Origin: Yuukianura sp. NJ FZ-2021
Lineage: Eukaryota
Length of the DNA stretch: 64,000 bases
Direction of reading: 5' to 3'
Assembly (NCBI GenBank): GCA_046563655.1
Contig: CM102283.1
Span: 1,674,001-1,738,000 of the forward strand
Shown: positions 14,701 to 26,524 of the stretch, piece by piece
How the letters are laid out: each line of letters begins with the position of its first letter
Numbering within the stretch: the stretch's first letter is position 1
Translations under genes and position numbers: made by a program
Notes under the pieces: model-generated
Databases searched by the model: none
Told to the model about the DNA's origin: nothing
The model's input: only the letters and a program-made list of their open reading frames with translations

Positions 14701-14860
14701 AACTTCGAACTCAACCGAACGGGATATTTACTTGCCCAAAGGAAGATGGCGGGACGAGAAGGACGGAAGTAGTACAAAAGGAGAGCGCTGGATTCATCAC
14801 TATCGAGTCAACATGCAACAAGTTGCGTACTTTACCAAGTTGAAGGATCCCACTGCCTAA
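11728..14860 (+). CDS. MYORG-like GH31 family type II membrane protein, probably non-catalytic
   Basis: Exons approx. 11728-12041, 12118-12280, 12374-12513, 12606-13827, 13902-14860; acidic N-tail, one TM (VFVCFMFLTVVFLVGSIYII), GH31 motifs GDLEFDLDRFP, LYIRWLQLAHFLP, PIIRPLW, VLVAPV, DIYLPKGRW. Confidence 0.85.
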
Positions 14861-16076
14861 CGTAACATAACGTAACAAATCCTGAACTGATGAACCAAAT
14901 GTAACTGGGACCAAACCAAAGTGATTAACAACTGCATTTGTCAGAGTAACCAAATAATCCAGTTCCAGTTAGCCTAACCTCATTTTAATCAAACTAAAGT
15001 AGGTTTTACCCTAATTGTTTGGATTATGTTGGCCTGAAAATCTGCATGTAGTCGGTATTGTAGTAGTTTAGCTTTAGATTGCGAACCGGTGGTTGTTGAC
15101 TTATCGAATTAAACTTTTTTAAAACGTATGACTTTCGTTCTGGTTTTGAGAATTAATGATAAATACAATGTTTAAAAAAGTTTCTTTCCTGGATAGAAAT
15201 AGTTTGAGTCCAGTTTGTCAAAAACAAATTTTTACTAATTTCAGGTTTAATTTGTAATTCTTTATTTTGCTATCTTTCATGAAAATTAATTTCTCTTTTA
15301 ATATTCTTCATACTCTCAGCTTTGCTACAATTCAAAACATGACGAGACGCATTCATCTTTTTTTAACCAGAATTCTTAATGGAATTGTTTTGCTAAAATG
15401 GATTCGGAAAGAAAATTGCCAAAAATTGGCAAAGGTTGGCCTTGGTTTTTACATAGAAAAAGAAACTCCAAGGTTGCAACATATTTGTAGCCAAACAGTG
15501 TGGATATATTTAAAGAAAAATTGCAAAATTGTAATTTTAGGGAACAAAAAACTTATGATTGGTTTCACGACTTTGTTCTTTTTTGTGCCCGGTTGATCGT
15601 TCCTCTAACTTTCCATTCGACGGCATTGTCAGTGCTGTATTTCTTGTAATCTTATACATATGCAAAACTAATGCCAAAATAATGCCATGGAAGTTCTGCT
15701 CAACTTCCAGCTCACCTTGTTACTGGGAAACTCCAAAAGCACAACAGCATTTACAAGGACATATCCAGAAAATTGTGCCGCCTAATTTTTGAAACTGAAG
15801 TTTAAAAACAAACTACATCCTTCAGTCGGGCTATTGGCAAATTATGTGACTCAACACCACGGGATCACTTCACAGGCCACTTTTTTCACATCGTCACGCT
15901 CGACTAATTCGCTGTAGTTCAGGAAAAAGTGACCTGCTAATATTTAAGTATTCTCCTGTCACGAGTTTGGCTTAATCCTGATTTTGCTTAGGACTGAACT
16001 ACAGCAACACTCCGATTCACGGTAGACTACTTCGAGCCTCACTTAAAGTCCAACTTTCACTAACTTTCGCCTAATA

Positions 16077-17634
16077 ATGCCAGTTCAAAAGGGGAAATGT
16101 GCTGTAACGTCTACTTGTGAGTATCGCAAGGCGGAAAAGAGCAAGAAACCATTGGATCACTCAGACGAAGAAAATATTGAGGGGAAAGTAGTTGTCATCA
16201 CAGGAGCCAATTCGGGCGTAGGAGAAGCAGCAGCATACGAATTTGCCAAACGAGGGGCAACAGTAGTGATGCCTTGTCGAAATATCGCAAAAGCCCAAAA
16301 AGTCATCGAAGATCTGAAGTTCAAGGTCCCCGATGCAAAATTGGTAGAATCCTGTCCTAAATTTCACAAAAACAACAAGCGAAACGATTTCTAAACGTTT
16401 TTTGTTTATGTCGATTGCAGGATTTGCTGTCGCTGGATTTAGGAGACTTTGACTCTGTGCGGAAATGCGCCGAAGAAATTCGTGAAAAGTATCCAAAAAT
16501 TGATATCTTGGTGAACAACGCAGGATTTACGAGTTTCAAGAAGGATTTGGAGTACACGCCAGAGGGATTTGAAACGCACATGGCCGTTAATCACCTTGGT
16601 CCACATCTCTTCACGCACCTTCTCTTGGATTCTGTTAAGGCTGCGGCACCCAGTCGGTAACAAACCATTTTAGGCAATTTTTTTTTAATTGGAATTAGGG
16701 TGTAAATCCGGATTTTTGTTCCGCATTTAATTCCGGAATTTTGACGGATTCGGATTCTTCTAAATTCGGATTTTGAAAAAATTGGATTCGAATTTTTGAC
16801 GGATTCGTATTCTTCTAAACCCGGATTTTGAAAAAATTAGACCCAAAAGAAAAGAATTTCAGATGCAAAATCCGAAATCCGGATTTCAAGAAATCGCGGA
16901 CGTATATACACCCTTACTTGGAGTAATAAAAATTTAAATGAGTAAAATTTTAAATTAAATGAGTAAATGAGTAAAATTTTAAATTAAATGAGTGGAAATT
17001 TAAATCAGTAAATCCAATTTGTGGTAGAATTGTTTTTGTGAGTTCGATGGGATTCCAAATGGGAGAATTGGACCCTGAAGACTTTCATCTTCGTAAAAGA
17101 GGTGGATTTCTGTCCTACAACTTTGGACCTTACTGTAACGCCAAGTTGGCTACCAATTACTGCGTCAAGATTCTGGCAAAGAAACTGGAGGGGTCAGGGG
17201 TCACAGTCTACTGTCTCTGTCCTGGTCATGTAAACTCGGGATTTCAACAAGAAGGTGGATTGTTCGCCCGAATGGTTACAAATCTTATTGGAATTACACC
17301 CTCCGAGGTCAGATTTGTTTTCTTTGCAACAAAACTTTGAATAGCAAGAAAACTAGAAAATATTTAAAAAGTAGCACTTTTAGCATGTTTTTAGCATGCA
17401 CTTTTTGGCTTTCTTTGCAACATAGTGACTAGGATTTATGTTGACCATTGAAATTTACATTTTAAGGGAGCCGAGAACATCCTGTACTGCTCTCTTATGA
17501 AGTCCACCGCCAATCAGAGTGGTTTGATGTACAGGACGAATGGAGTTTGGGAAGGGGCCATGGAAGCCCTGGACGATGACATTGGTCAACAAGTTTGGGA
17601 CAAGACTATCGAATGCATTGGGGTCAAGATGTAA
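16077..17634 (+). CDS. Short-chain dehydrogenase/reductase, retinol dehydrogenase 11-14-like
   Basis: Exons approx. 16077-16343, 16421-16656, 17028-17307, 17467-17634; TGANSGVG Rossmann motif, LVNNAG, FETHMAVNHLG, catalytic YCNAK, CPGHV. Confidence 0.9.
16696..16916. mobile_element. Small MITE-like element in SDR intron 2
   Basis: agggtgta...tacaccct termini enclosing repeated cggatt/aatccg words in inverted orientation; flanks attggaat/cttggagt may be a decayed 8 bp TSD. Confidence 0.45.
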
Positions 17635-18610
17635 CTATTTTATTCTAAAAAGTTCTTTCCCAACAACCTTCCGACCAAAACAACTTTGGGGGAAAAAATT
17701 AATAATAACAATAAGAATATAATGTATAATAATACTTTAATACAAATACAAAGTACAGCCGAACTTTCTAATCTAATTTTTTTTTATTCAATTTATTCTT
17801 GTCATTGTTCAGTAATAATTATCAGTGACAAGATACCCACGGTAGTGGTCTTACATCTTGTCAATTGAATTAATCAGTCGCTTGTCTTTGCTTCACTTAA
17901 TTTCAAAATGTGTTTTGTTAAAATGTTAAAATAATAAGTAAATTACTCGTTAACTTAGCTTAAGACTTATTTAATTAAGATTTCACTTAAAATTAAACTT
18001 AGAATTTAATGACGCCGCAAACAAACTTATCCTATAAAATTAATTACTTATTTCTAGTCACTTATGCCTAATGAATGTCCTTGCTTCTTAATTAACATCG
18101 TTTTAACTGAGTCCTTAAACTTTTGATAATTCTTGATTTTTGTAATTTCTAAGGGTAAAGAGTTCCATAGCTGAATTGAACGTGCTTGGAATGTCGTTTG
18201 CCAAAATTTTCCTTTATTATTTTGGTCGTAAGTTAAACAGTTTTTTATTGACCTTGAAGTCGGGTAATTATGCCCTTCAGAAGTGTACTTGTAGTAGTCA
18301 TCAAATGCACTCACTTGCTTTCCATTTAAAAGTTTGTGTGTTGTACACAAAACTTGAAACTCAAAAAGAATTTTGGAAGAAGCCATTTTAAGTTATTTGT
18401 TAATTCCTCAGCAACTGGTTCAAATTTCTTTAACCCAGTTACGAATCTCGCCATTGTTCTGATTACTTTTTCGACTTTTTTTAAATTCTTCATCGTAGTT
18501 TGTCCGTATAGAACAAACATATATTTTAGAATTGATTGTACCATCGCTTCCATAAATATTTTTTTAGCTTTTTCAGTTAGAAATTCTCTAACCTTATAAG
18601 CATTGATTAT

Positions 18611-19795
18611 TAAGTAGCGAAAGTATGAGCTACTTTATGTTTTTCCCCGAGTCTGTCTGTCTGTCTGTCTGTCCGTCCGTCCGTCCGTCTGTCCGTCCGT
18701 CTGCTGGTCAAGCTACCTCTGGAACCGCTGGACCGATTTTCAATCTGTTTTCACAGATGAACTTGACATGGTCTGGGGGTAAACAATCGGTACCCGGTTT
18801 GACCGGAAGTTGACCCCTTAAGGGTCAAAAGTCAAGGTCAAGTACATTTATGACAGAAATCGGAAAAATGACCTTTACAAAAGTTGTTCATCTCATTGAA
18901 CTGAACAACTTTTGTATAGGTGACCTTGACCTTTGACCTGGGGTTCTGGAGATATAGACGTTAGAAGTTGCAAAATGGCGTCGCTCATGGAACTCGCGTC
19001 TATAACTCCAGAACCACTGGACCGATTTTCAATCTGTTCACCGTGGCTCTTCACATGTTCCAGGGGTGTCTAATCAGTGTCCAGCTTGACCGGAAGTTGT
19101 CCAGGTCCGGGTCAAAGGTCAAGGTCAAATACATTTTTGACCGAAATCGGGAAAATGACCCTTACAAAAGTTGTTTACCTCATCGAGACGAACAACTTTT
19201 GTATAGGTGACCTTGACCTTTGACCTGGAGTTCTGGAGATATAGACCTTAGAAGTTGTATAATGGCGTCGTTCATGATATTCGCGTCTATAACTCCAGAA
19301 GCACTGGAGCGATTTTCAATCTGCTTTCACAGTTGCACTTCACATGTTCCAATGGTGTTTAATCGGTGTCCAGCTTGACCGGAAGTTGTCCAGGCCCGGA
19401 TCAAAGGTCAAGGTCAAGTACTTTTTTTGACGGAATCAAATAATGACCTCTACAAAAGTTGTTTATCTCATTGTGGTGAACAACTTTTGTGAAGGTGACC
19501 TTGACCTTTGACCTACGGTTCCAGAGATACTGACAATTGAAGTTGCAAAATGGCGCCCCTCGTCCTACTCAGAAAGTATGACCTACTTTGTGTTTTCCTC
19601 CGAGTCTGTCTGTCTGCCCGTCTGTCTGTCTGCACTATAACTAACTATACCTCCGACACCACTGGACCGATTTGCAATCTGGCTTGCAAATCAGTTTATC
19701 ATAGCCTGGGGGTGATTAATACGGCTCCGGTTTGACCGGAAGTCGACAATTTCCGGGTTGTCACTAGCTTCCTTTCGCTACTTACGTACGGCGTT
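18611..19795 (+). mobile_element. Helentron-associated non-autonomous element (HINE/DINE-1-like) nested in the LINE
   Basis: 13 bp subterminal inverted repeats taagtagcgaaag (18611) / ctttcgctactta (19772-19784); 5' hairpin aagtagc...gctactt; (CTGT/CCGT)n microsatellite; central tandem array; no TSD seen. Confidence 0.75.
18715..19750 (+). repeat. About 288 bp tandem repeat, three full units plus a partial
   Basis: ctggaccgattttcaatctg-type word recurs near 18729, 19017, 19304 and 19662; units share ttgaccggaagt, ggtcaaaggtcaaggtcaa and aaaagttgt...acaactttt. Confidence 0.85.
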
Positions 19796-20390
19796 TACAA
19801 CGGTTTATTATGACGTAGCATTTTTTAATTACCAAGTCAATATGTTTGTCCCATTTCAGATCCTTTTGTAATAGTAATCCCAAACTTTTGATTTCTTCCG
19901 AAGACTCAATCAAATAGCCATTCACCAATATTTCAAAATTGCCAAAAATCTCCAACTGTTTTTTACTTCCAAAAATAAGGACTTTAGTTTTGTCACTATT
20001 TATTACTAAATAGTTTTCATCAACCCAATCAGTCACCCTTTGTAATTCAGAATTTACACCTTCTCTTACTGCCGTTTTTTCATTCCACTCTCCATTAAAC
20101 ATCAGATTTGTATCATCCACAAAAATTTGTGGCCTGGATATCAATAATACTTTTTCTAAATCATTTATGTAAAAAGTGAAGAAAATCGGTCCCAACACAC
20201 TTCCTTGAATCAAACCTGTTAAATTATCCAACTCTTCAGATTTAGTGTCACCAATCTGTACAAACTGTTTTCTGTCTGAGAAATAGCTCCGTAACCAAAA
20301 GTCGGATACTTTAAATTGTTCTTTCAGTTTTTTAAGAAAGTTTTCTCTATGTACTGTTGGAAAAGCATTTTTAGGTCTATGCTGACCATT

Positions 20391-20815
20391 TGTAAGGAAG
20401 AAGTCAACAACCTCTAATTTTCTCATGTTAGATTTCTTTTGTCTTTGAACTTTGCAAATTGTAAAGTTAGTCTAAAAATAGTCATTGTCATTTTCTAAGA
20501 ACAACGTAATCCTCACATTGTTAGCATATTCATTTACGCTGGAGTTACTCGTAACTCCTGACTTCCGCCTCACTGGGCCCTATAAAAGGACCCAGCCCAC
20601 CTTTACAAATCATCATTCTGTTTTCTTGACTCTGGCCGCTTGGACAGAGTTCAACTTTACTACTCGCGGTTTGACCTCTGCGAGGTCAAACAGCATTTTC
20701 ATTTTTCCTTAAACTTTGAATAAAAAGTTAAAATTCTACCTTCCACCAAGGAAGGAAAACAAAACTTTGTAGTGTTTCTCGTTTATTTTAGGCCTGAAAG
20801 GCCTTTTTCACTACA
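20391..20815 (+). repeat. 5' LTR (425 bp)
   Basis: Near-identical to 23474-23900 (a 2 bp indel and one substitution seen near the start); TATAAAA at 20581, AATAAA at 20719. Confidence 0.93.
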
Positions 20816-22760
20816 ATTGGTGGACGAGTCGCGTTGGAATCAACGGACAATGACCTCCACAGGGTCCGCTATAGGCGTTGACCAAAGACCTTATGGCGGT
20901 GGTCCGCTCGGTGCCTCTTTTGAAGGCAAAGACGAGCGTTGACCTTTTGACCCTGAGGTGGGATGCTGTAGCATCCGGTGCTTTGGACAGCAAATTGCTA
21001 GTCCAAGAAAAAGCACAAATTGGAGGCGTTGATTTGCACGCCAAAAACAAAGGAAATTACGTTGACCCCTTCAAGGTCACGTAAGGTCAAACAAGACAAA
21101 ATTTTGAAAAAGTAAATTTTTGACCCCTTAGAGGTCAAGTAAGGTCAATTTACAAGAAAATACATTAAAAAAAAAAATCATGTTCACCTTTTGACCTTGA
21201 AAAGGTCAAATTGAATAAATGACGAAATTTTGAAAAAGAATTTTTTTCTTTTGACCCAGTTGAGGTCAAAATTTCAAAATTTAGGAAAAACTAAGAAGGG
21301 AGGGAAGTCAGTTGGTTCAACATTGCGTTGACCTTGACTGACCTCAACCTAAAATTTGAGTTTGTAAAAGCTCATGACAATAAAACAAAAACGTGACTTT
21401 TAAAAATCATTTTTTTTTTCTCATAATTCGAGGTGAAATGTAAATCACCTGTAAGTTATGCAAATTACGAAGTCAAAACATTTTTGACTACAAGTTGACA
21501 AAAGCGTGCAAGGGCACAATGCCCCCTAACCAAAAACATTCTGAACTTTTCAGAATAAACATGAAAACTACGTCAAATTGACAAAACTAAATGCAGAAGT
21601 TAAATTGCTTCTCGAAACTTTCATTTTAATTCAAAATTATACCGATCTTTGTCCAAATTCAGACCGATTCAATCAAAACTGGCAAGTTTGCCCAGTCTTG
21701 TTTTTTTGAAATTTAGCAATTGACCTAAAGCCCAAAATCCAGTTGAGGACTCAAAATGTAGGGTCCAAAATACTATGGAGGGATATGAAGGCATTGCTAA
21801 TTTCTACAGACTAGGATAAACAAAACCAGAAAATTCATTAAAATTTACCTTTGGTATTAAATTACAGCTGAAATTTGTTAATAACTGAGGATGTTAAATG
21901 TTAACCCCAGTTTCACAAATACATGTTAAAGAAAGATTTTCAGTGCGAAAATTAACCTCTGAGATTTGTTGAAACTGTGGGAAAATCCAAAGTTATTGCA
22001 AATTCAAGTTAGTAATAATGCCATCTAAATTACCTCTGAGGTTATTTAAAAGTTGGGCAGAATGCATCCCAACCAAAATAACCCAAGTAATCCAAAAACA
22101 AAAATTTAATTGCATTTATTTGAATTCAAAACCAAAATCACGATTCGATGATGAGCCGCCATAGAATTTGCTCAAAAAAGCAGTCGACGAAAGCGATCGA
22201 ACTGCAGAGTTAAATGGTGTGTGTCATTTGTCTTTTTGTGAAAAATAAACTTGTTTTAAACAAAATGTTGTTAAAGATTTAAAATCATGTCAAAAATTCA
22301 AAATTTCAAAAAGAAAAAAAAAAAAATAAGATCAGTGGTAACAATGGGGCTAGTGCAGTCCCCATTCAACCTCGCAGTGGGAGGAAAAAGGAAAAGAGTA
22401 GTACTGGCTCTTCTCCCCCCTCCGCTTCTCGTCACTCAGCTGACAGTGTGAAAAGAAAAACAGACTCAACTGCTAGTAGGCAAATTAGTTCAGAAACAAA
22501 ATCGCAAATTAGTGCAAAAAGTTCTAGTTCCAAGACTAGGTCATTGTCCCGACATGTAAATCTTGGTGGTAGCGACAGTGAACTCAGTAGTGCTAGTGTG
22601 AGTGACCTGAGGCCTATAAAAACAGTTCGAAATGCTCGGAGCCGTGTCATTTCGTCATCATCTTCTTCCGAGGAAACTCTGCTGCCTCAGATTCAACCTC
22701 CTCCAAAGGTCAAAACACCACTCCGAAGGTCGACAAGGCCAAGAAAACCACCAACTCGGT

Positions 22761-23462
22761 ATGGAGACTGGGACTACGGTGATGGAGACGGAGACTGACG
22801 AGCTATTGCTCCAAATCGACAATGAAGTAGCAGGTAAGCTCTCCATGACCTTTGCCCTGCATTGTGTTCATGTCTCCTTTTGTCTCCATCCCTCTCTCCC
22901 TTAATCCAATTTTATTTAACAAAAAATTCTAATTACATTTTTATTTTCTTTTTTAGATCAGATGAGGAGCCTTCAGATGACCCAATCTACTCCATCACCA
23001 ACCATTTCGACATCATCTAAGGACTCCCTCAACTCTACTTCTTCAACGATGCCACTACTGCTGAATTCTAACCCGCCGGACGGACGTACTGATTTTTCGG
23101 CCTGGAGAATTCCGAGGAAGAGGAAGGAAACGTCTTCTCAACCGGAATCGCCACTTGCTAACTTCGATGCATCACGACATCGGCGGTACAGTTTCGCCCG
23201 AGCGAGCACTTCAAGGCCCCCACCTCAAAGGCCCCATCAGCAGCAGCAACAACCGCCACTTCAACAACCAACATCTTCTGCAAGGCCGATACTTGTTCTG
23301 ACGGACCCCCGTGACATCCGTGCAACTCTCGCCGCGATGGCCCCACCACCGTTGTCAAGACGTCGACTCAGGACCTGCTTCCTTTGTAACCAGTACGGCC
23401 ACAAGAAGAAGCACTGTCCCAACCTACGAGTCTCCCGCAATCCAGGTGTATTGCCCTCCTAA
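22761..23462 (+). CDS. Putative spliced low-complexity protein with C-terminal CCHC zinc knuckle inside the LTR element
   Basis: METGTTVMETETDELLLQIDNEVA, phase-1 intron 22834-22956 (CAG|gtaagc...ttttttag), in frame with ORF 22962-23462 ending CFLCNQYGHKKKHC. Confidence 0.55.
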
Positions 23463-23473
23463 GAAGGGAGGAC

Positions 23474-23900
23474 TGTAAGGAAGTCAAGTCAACAACCTTT
23501 AATTTTCTCATGTTAGATTTCTTTTGTCTTTGAACTTTGCAAATTGTAAAGTTAGTCTAAAAATAGTCATTGTCATTTTCTAAGAACAACGTAATCCTCA
23601 CATTGTTAGCATATTCATTTACGCTGGAGTTACTCGTAACTCCTGACTTCCGCCTCACTGGGCCCTATAAAAGGACCCAGCCCACCTTTACAAATCATCA
23701 TTCTGTTTTCTTGACTCTGGCCGCTTGGACAGAGTTCAACTTTACTACTCGCGGTTTGACCTCTGCGAGGTCAAACAGCATTTTCATTTTTCCTTAAACT
23801 TTGAATAAAAAGTTAAAATTCTACCTTCCACCAAGGAAGGAAAACAAAACTTTGTAGTGTTTCTCGTTTATTTTAGGCCTGAAAGGCCTTTTTCACTACA
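23474..23900 (+). repeat. 3' LTR (427 bp)
   Basis: Direct repeat of 20391-20815, preceded by PPT and followed by TSD catt. Confidence 0.93.
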
Positions 23901-25651
23901 CATTAAACAAACTTTACCCAAATCCAGTTGTTTTTTTATGTTGTCCACAGTGTATATCATAGCCTGTTCAGTCGAATGATTTTTTCGACAGCCAAACTGA
24001 TTGACACTTAAAGACAAATTGTTATTTTTTAAGTGATCCAAAAATTTTTGCACATAAAGTTTTTCCAGTAAAATCAAAAGAAAATGCGAAATTCCAATCG
24101 GACGAAAATCTTTAAAATTTCTTGCATCTTTAATTTTTGGGATGGGACATATTCTTGTTTTTTTTAATAATTTCGGTAGTTCTCCGCTTCCAAAACTCAA
24201 GTTGCAAAAATCTAACGTAACCTGAAATTGCACACCAAGTAGCTAGTATAGCAACAAGCTTTGATTATTGAATTTGAACGAAAGTTTTCATTTGTTAAAG
24301 AAAAATAGTGTGTGCATGTATTGAAATAAGAATCCCAGTTAATTTTTCTTAAAATGTAAGTCACGGTTTGACAAATGATTGCATTCACGCTTGACGTTCA
24401 CTGCAAATTGTACACTAGCAGGATTACACAGACGCCTACAATAATTGGTTGTGCATTTGCACAATAACTAGTGCATAGACGCTAACAATGATACATTATT
24501 CATGTTTTTGAACAGGTTGTAAACTAACAATAAGCTTCTTTAAAATGTTAGTTGCAAGTTGACAGTATTATCTACAATGTTTGAATTTGTACGTGCAACT
24601 ACGTCACGTTCAACGTAGTGAATTATTCCAAATCTAATATAACAAGGTCGAAGTGAGCGAATTGTCTTGCGCATTCCAACTACCTGTCGATACTTCACTG
24701 CTTGGCTATGTATTGCTTCCGATGAGTTTTTGGTAACAGTAACGACATCAGAAAGCAATAAATTTAAAAATATTTGTGCTATAAGTATAAGGAAACAAAA
24801 GATAATGCCTACAGATCTAATACCAAGACGCAGTGCAACGGCAAATCCAATTGAACAAAACCATACTGCAGCATATATATAAGCACCCAGTAAGAATGTT
24901 ACAAAGTCGCTCAAAATTGTCATCAAAATGTAAATGGCTCTGTAGCGATGAACTGCTTTGAGTCCCTTCCACTTTTCAAAGGATTCCTGCGAGAGCCAAT
25001 GAATTACTGTGTTCTTGCACTGAAGAAAGCACAAGCCGTATGGCACCCATTTGATCATAGTTATATATGTGTAAAATATGCCAAAAATACTGGCGAAAGT
25101 TGTCATTATGAGTGGCACATATTTCGAACACTTAAAATATACTTGTACAGAATTCCAGCTGCACATGGCTTCAAATAATGGCAACGCTGTGTAGTACGCA
25201 ACTAGCGGAACCTCAATCGCCATGAAGGCGGCAAGCATCAGCATTGCGTTGGAGTAGAATTTTATTAGACGCAGGTTCAGTACACGTTGCGACACCTCGA
25301 ACGAATTTTCTGCAAGTTAAAACTACGTTGTCATCATTAGGTTATCAAATAGTTTTGCTATATTTTTAAAAGTTCCGACATGGTTTTGTTGGAACTCAAT
25401 GTAATATACAGTAGCTCTGTTCTCTCCTAAAGTGAACTTCAGTACAGTAGAGCCTCTAATTGGGGAATACTTTTACATGGTACGATACGTTCAACTTTTT
25501 GAATTTTGGCGGAAATGACAACATTTGAATGAATACTGCAGTAGTTACTTGGTTACACCCCTTCAATTACTTGAAACTTCCCGGGACATTTACACAATCT
25601 TTCAACCCACGCCGTCCAATCAAATTAAGTTTGCGAATTGGAGTTTCATTG

Positions 25652-26021
25652 CACTTTTCCTAGCAACCTAACCTGAAAAAAAAACCTTGGAGTTTTTCTA
25701 CTGAGCGATCAACGAACAAGAAAAACAAACGTTTTTGCAATAATCTCACATCGCCCAACTGCATTCGAGATTGTTTGAACAATATAATTAACAAAGTTTA
25801 AAATGTTTCAAACTAATTTAACAAATGAGACTTTAAAAAACTGAAAAGTCAATTATGAACTTTGTCTGCTTTTTTAAAATTCTGCTTTAAATTCATTTTA
25901 AATATCGAATGGGGTTGGGAGAATGTGAGATTTTTGCGAAAACGTTCTTTTTTTTTTTCGCTGATCGCTCAGTAGAAAAACTCCAACAATTTTTTCAGAT
26001 TAGGTTTCTAAGGAGTAAGTG
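25652..26021. mobile_element. Foldback/MITE-like element with about 100 bp imperfect inverted arms in the receptor intron
   Basis: ttggagtttttctactgagcgatca (about 25686) pairs with tgatcgctcagtagaaaaactccaa (about 25962); arms extend to atctcacat/atgtgagat; no clear TSD. Confidence 0.65.
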
Positions 26022-26348
26022 ACAACAATGAAGGGTATTTTCTTTTGTTGAGGAAGTTTAAAAGAAATCTTGTTTTGATACGTTTTAGCTAAAAAGCGAA
26101 GTACGTATTAAGTTCTCCGTTTAGATTAAAATTAGAATTGTTCAGACTGTATATTAAATTTTGTAAAGACTTTACCTCTCTTTGTAGTTACCATGTGTAG
26201 CCAGGAATTGAAGTATTGTTGAAAATATTGTCCAAAGAGCATGGTATTCAAATCTATGACAACACTGTAAAAGCATACGAGACTCACAGCAACGTAAAAG
26301 CAAGCAATGCTAATGTCCAGGTTAGCAACAGTGTTCCAATACGCAAAC

Positions 26349-26524
26349 GGTTCCATGTGATTTGGTCAGAAAGTGAAAAGATCAAAAGTGAAATGATCAG
26401 AAAAAAAAGGTCAGAAAAGGAAGGAACGTAACCAAACCTAACCTTAGATCTTTTGAATTCTGACCTTTTCACTTCTGATCATTTCACTTCTGACCAAATA
26501 TTTCTGACCATTTCACCTGCTACG
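26349..26524. mobile_element. MITE (Mutator-like) inserted in a coding exon
   Basis: TSD acgcaaac at 26341-26348 and 26525-26532; arms made of ggtcagaa / ttctgacc repeats around an aaccaaacctaacc core. Confidence 0.85.

Larger units (their letters stand above)
20391..23900 (+). mobile_element. Non-autonomous LTR retrotransposon (3.5 kb, Gypsy-like), recent insertion in the LINE
   Basis: TG...CA LTRs at 20391-20815 and 23474-23900, 4 bp TSD catt (20387-20390, 23901-23904), PBS tggtggacgagtc at 20818-20830, polypurine tract aagaagggagga at 23461-23472; removal rejoins LINE peptide GKVCLM-VSIDL; no RT/integrase ORF inside. Confidence 0.92.
17778..24235 (-). mobile_element. 5'-truncated, degenerate non-LTR retrotransposon (LINE RT) split into three pieces (17778-18600, 19796-20390, 23901-24235)
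   Basis: RT motifs FRPIGI, NQFGCRKNHSTEQA, GLIQGSVLGPIFFTFYINDL, FVDDT, KSLGLLLQKDLKW, LWNSLP; frameshifts; minus-strand AATAAA plus A-tract at about 17778-17800. Confidence 0.85.

Noticed and set aside
20485-20712. Identical 75 aa ORFs here and at 23570-23797
   Set aside because: They lie inside the two LTRs, have non-ATG starts and no protein features
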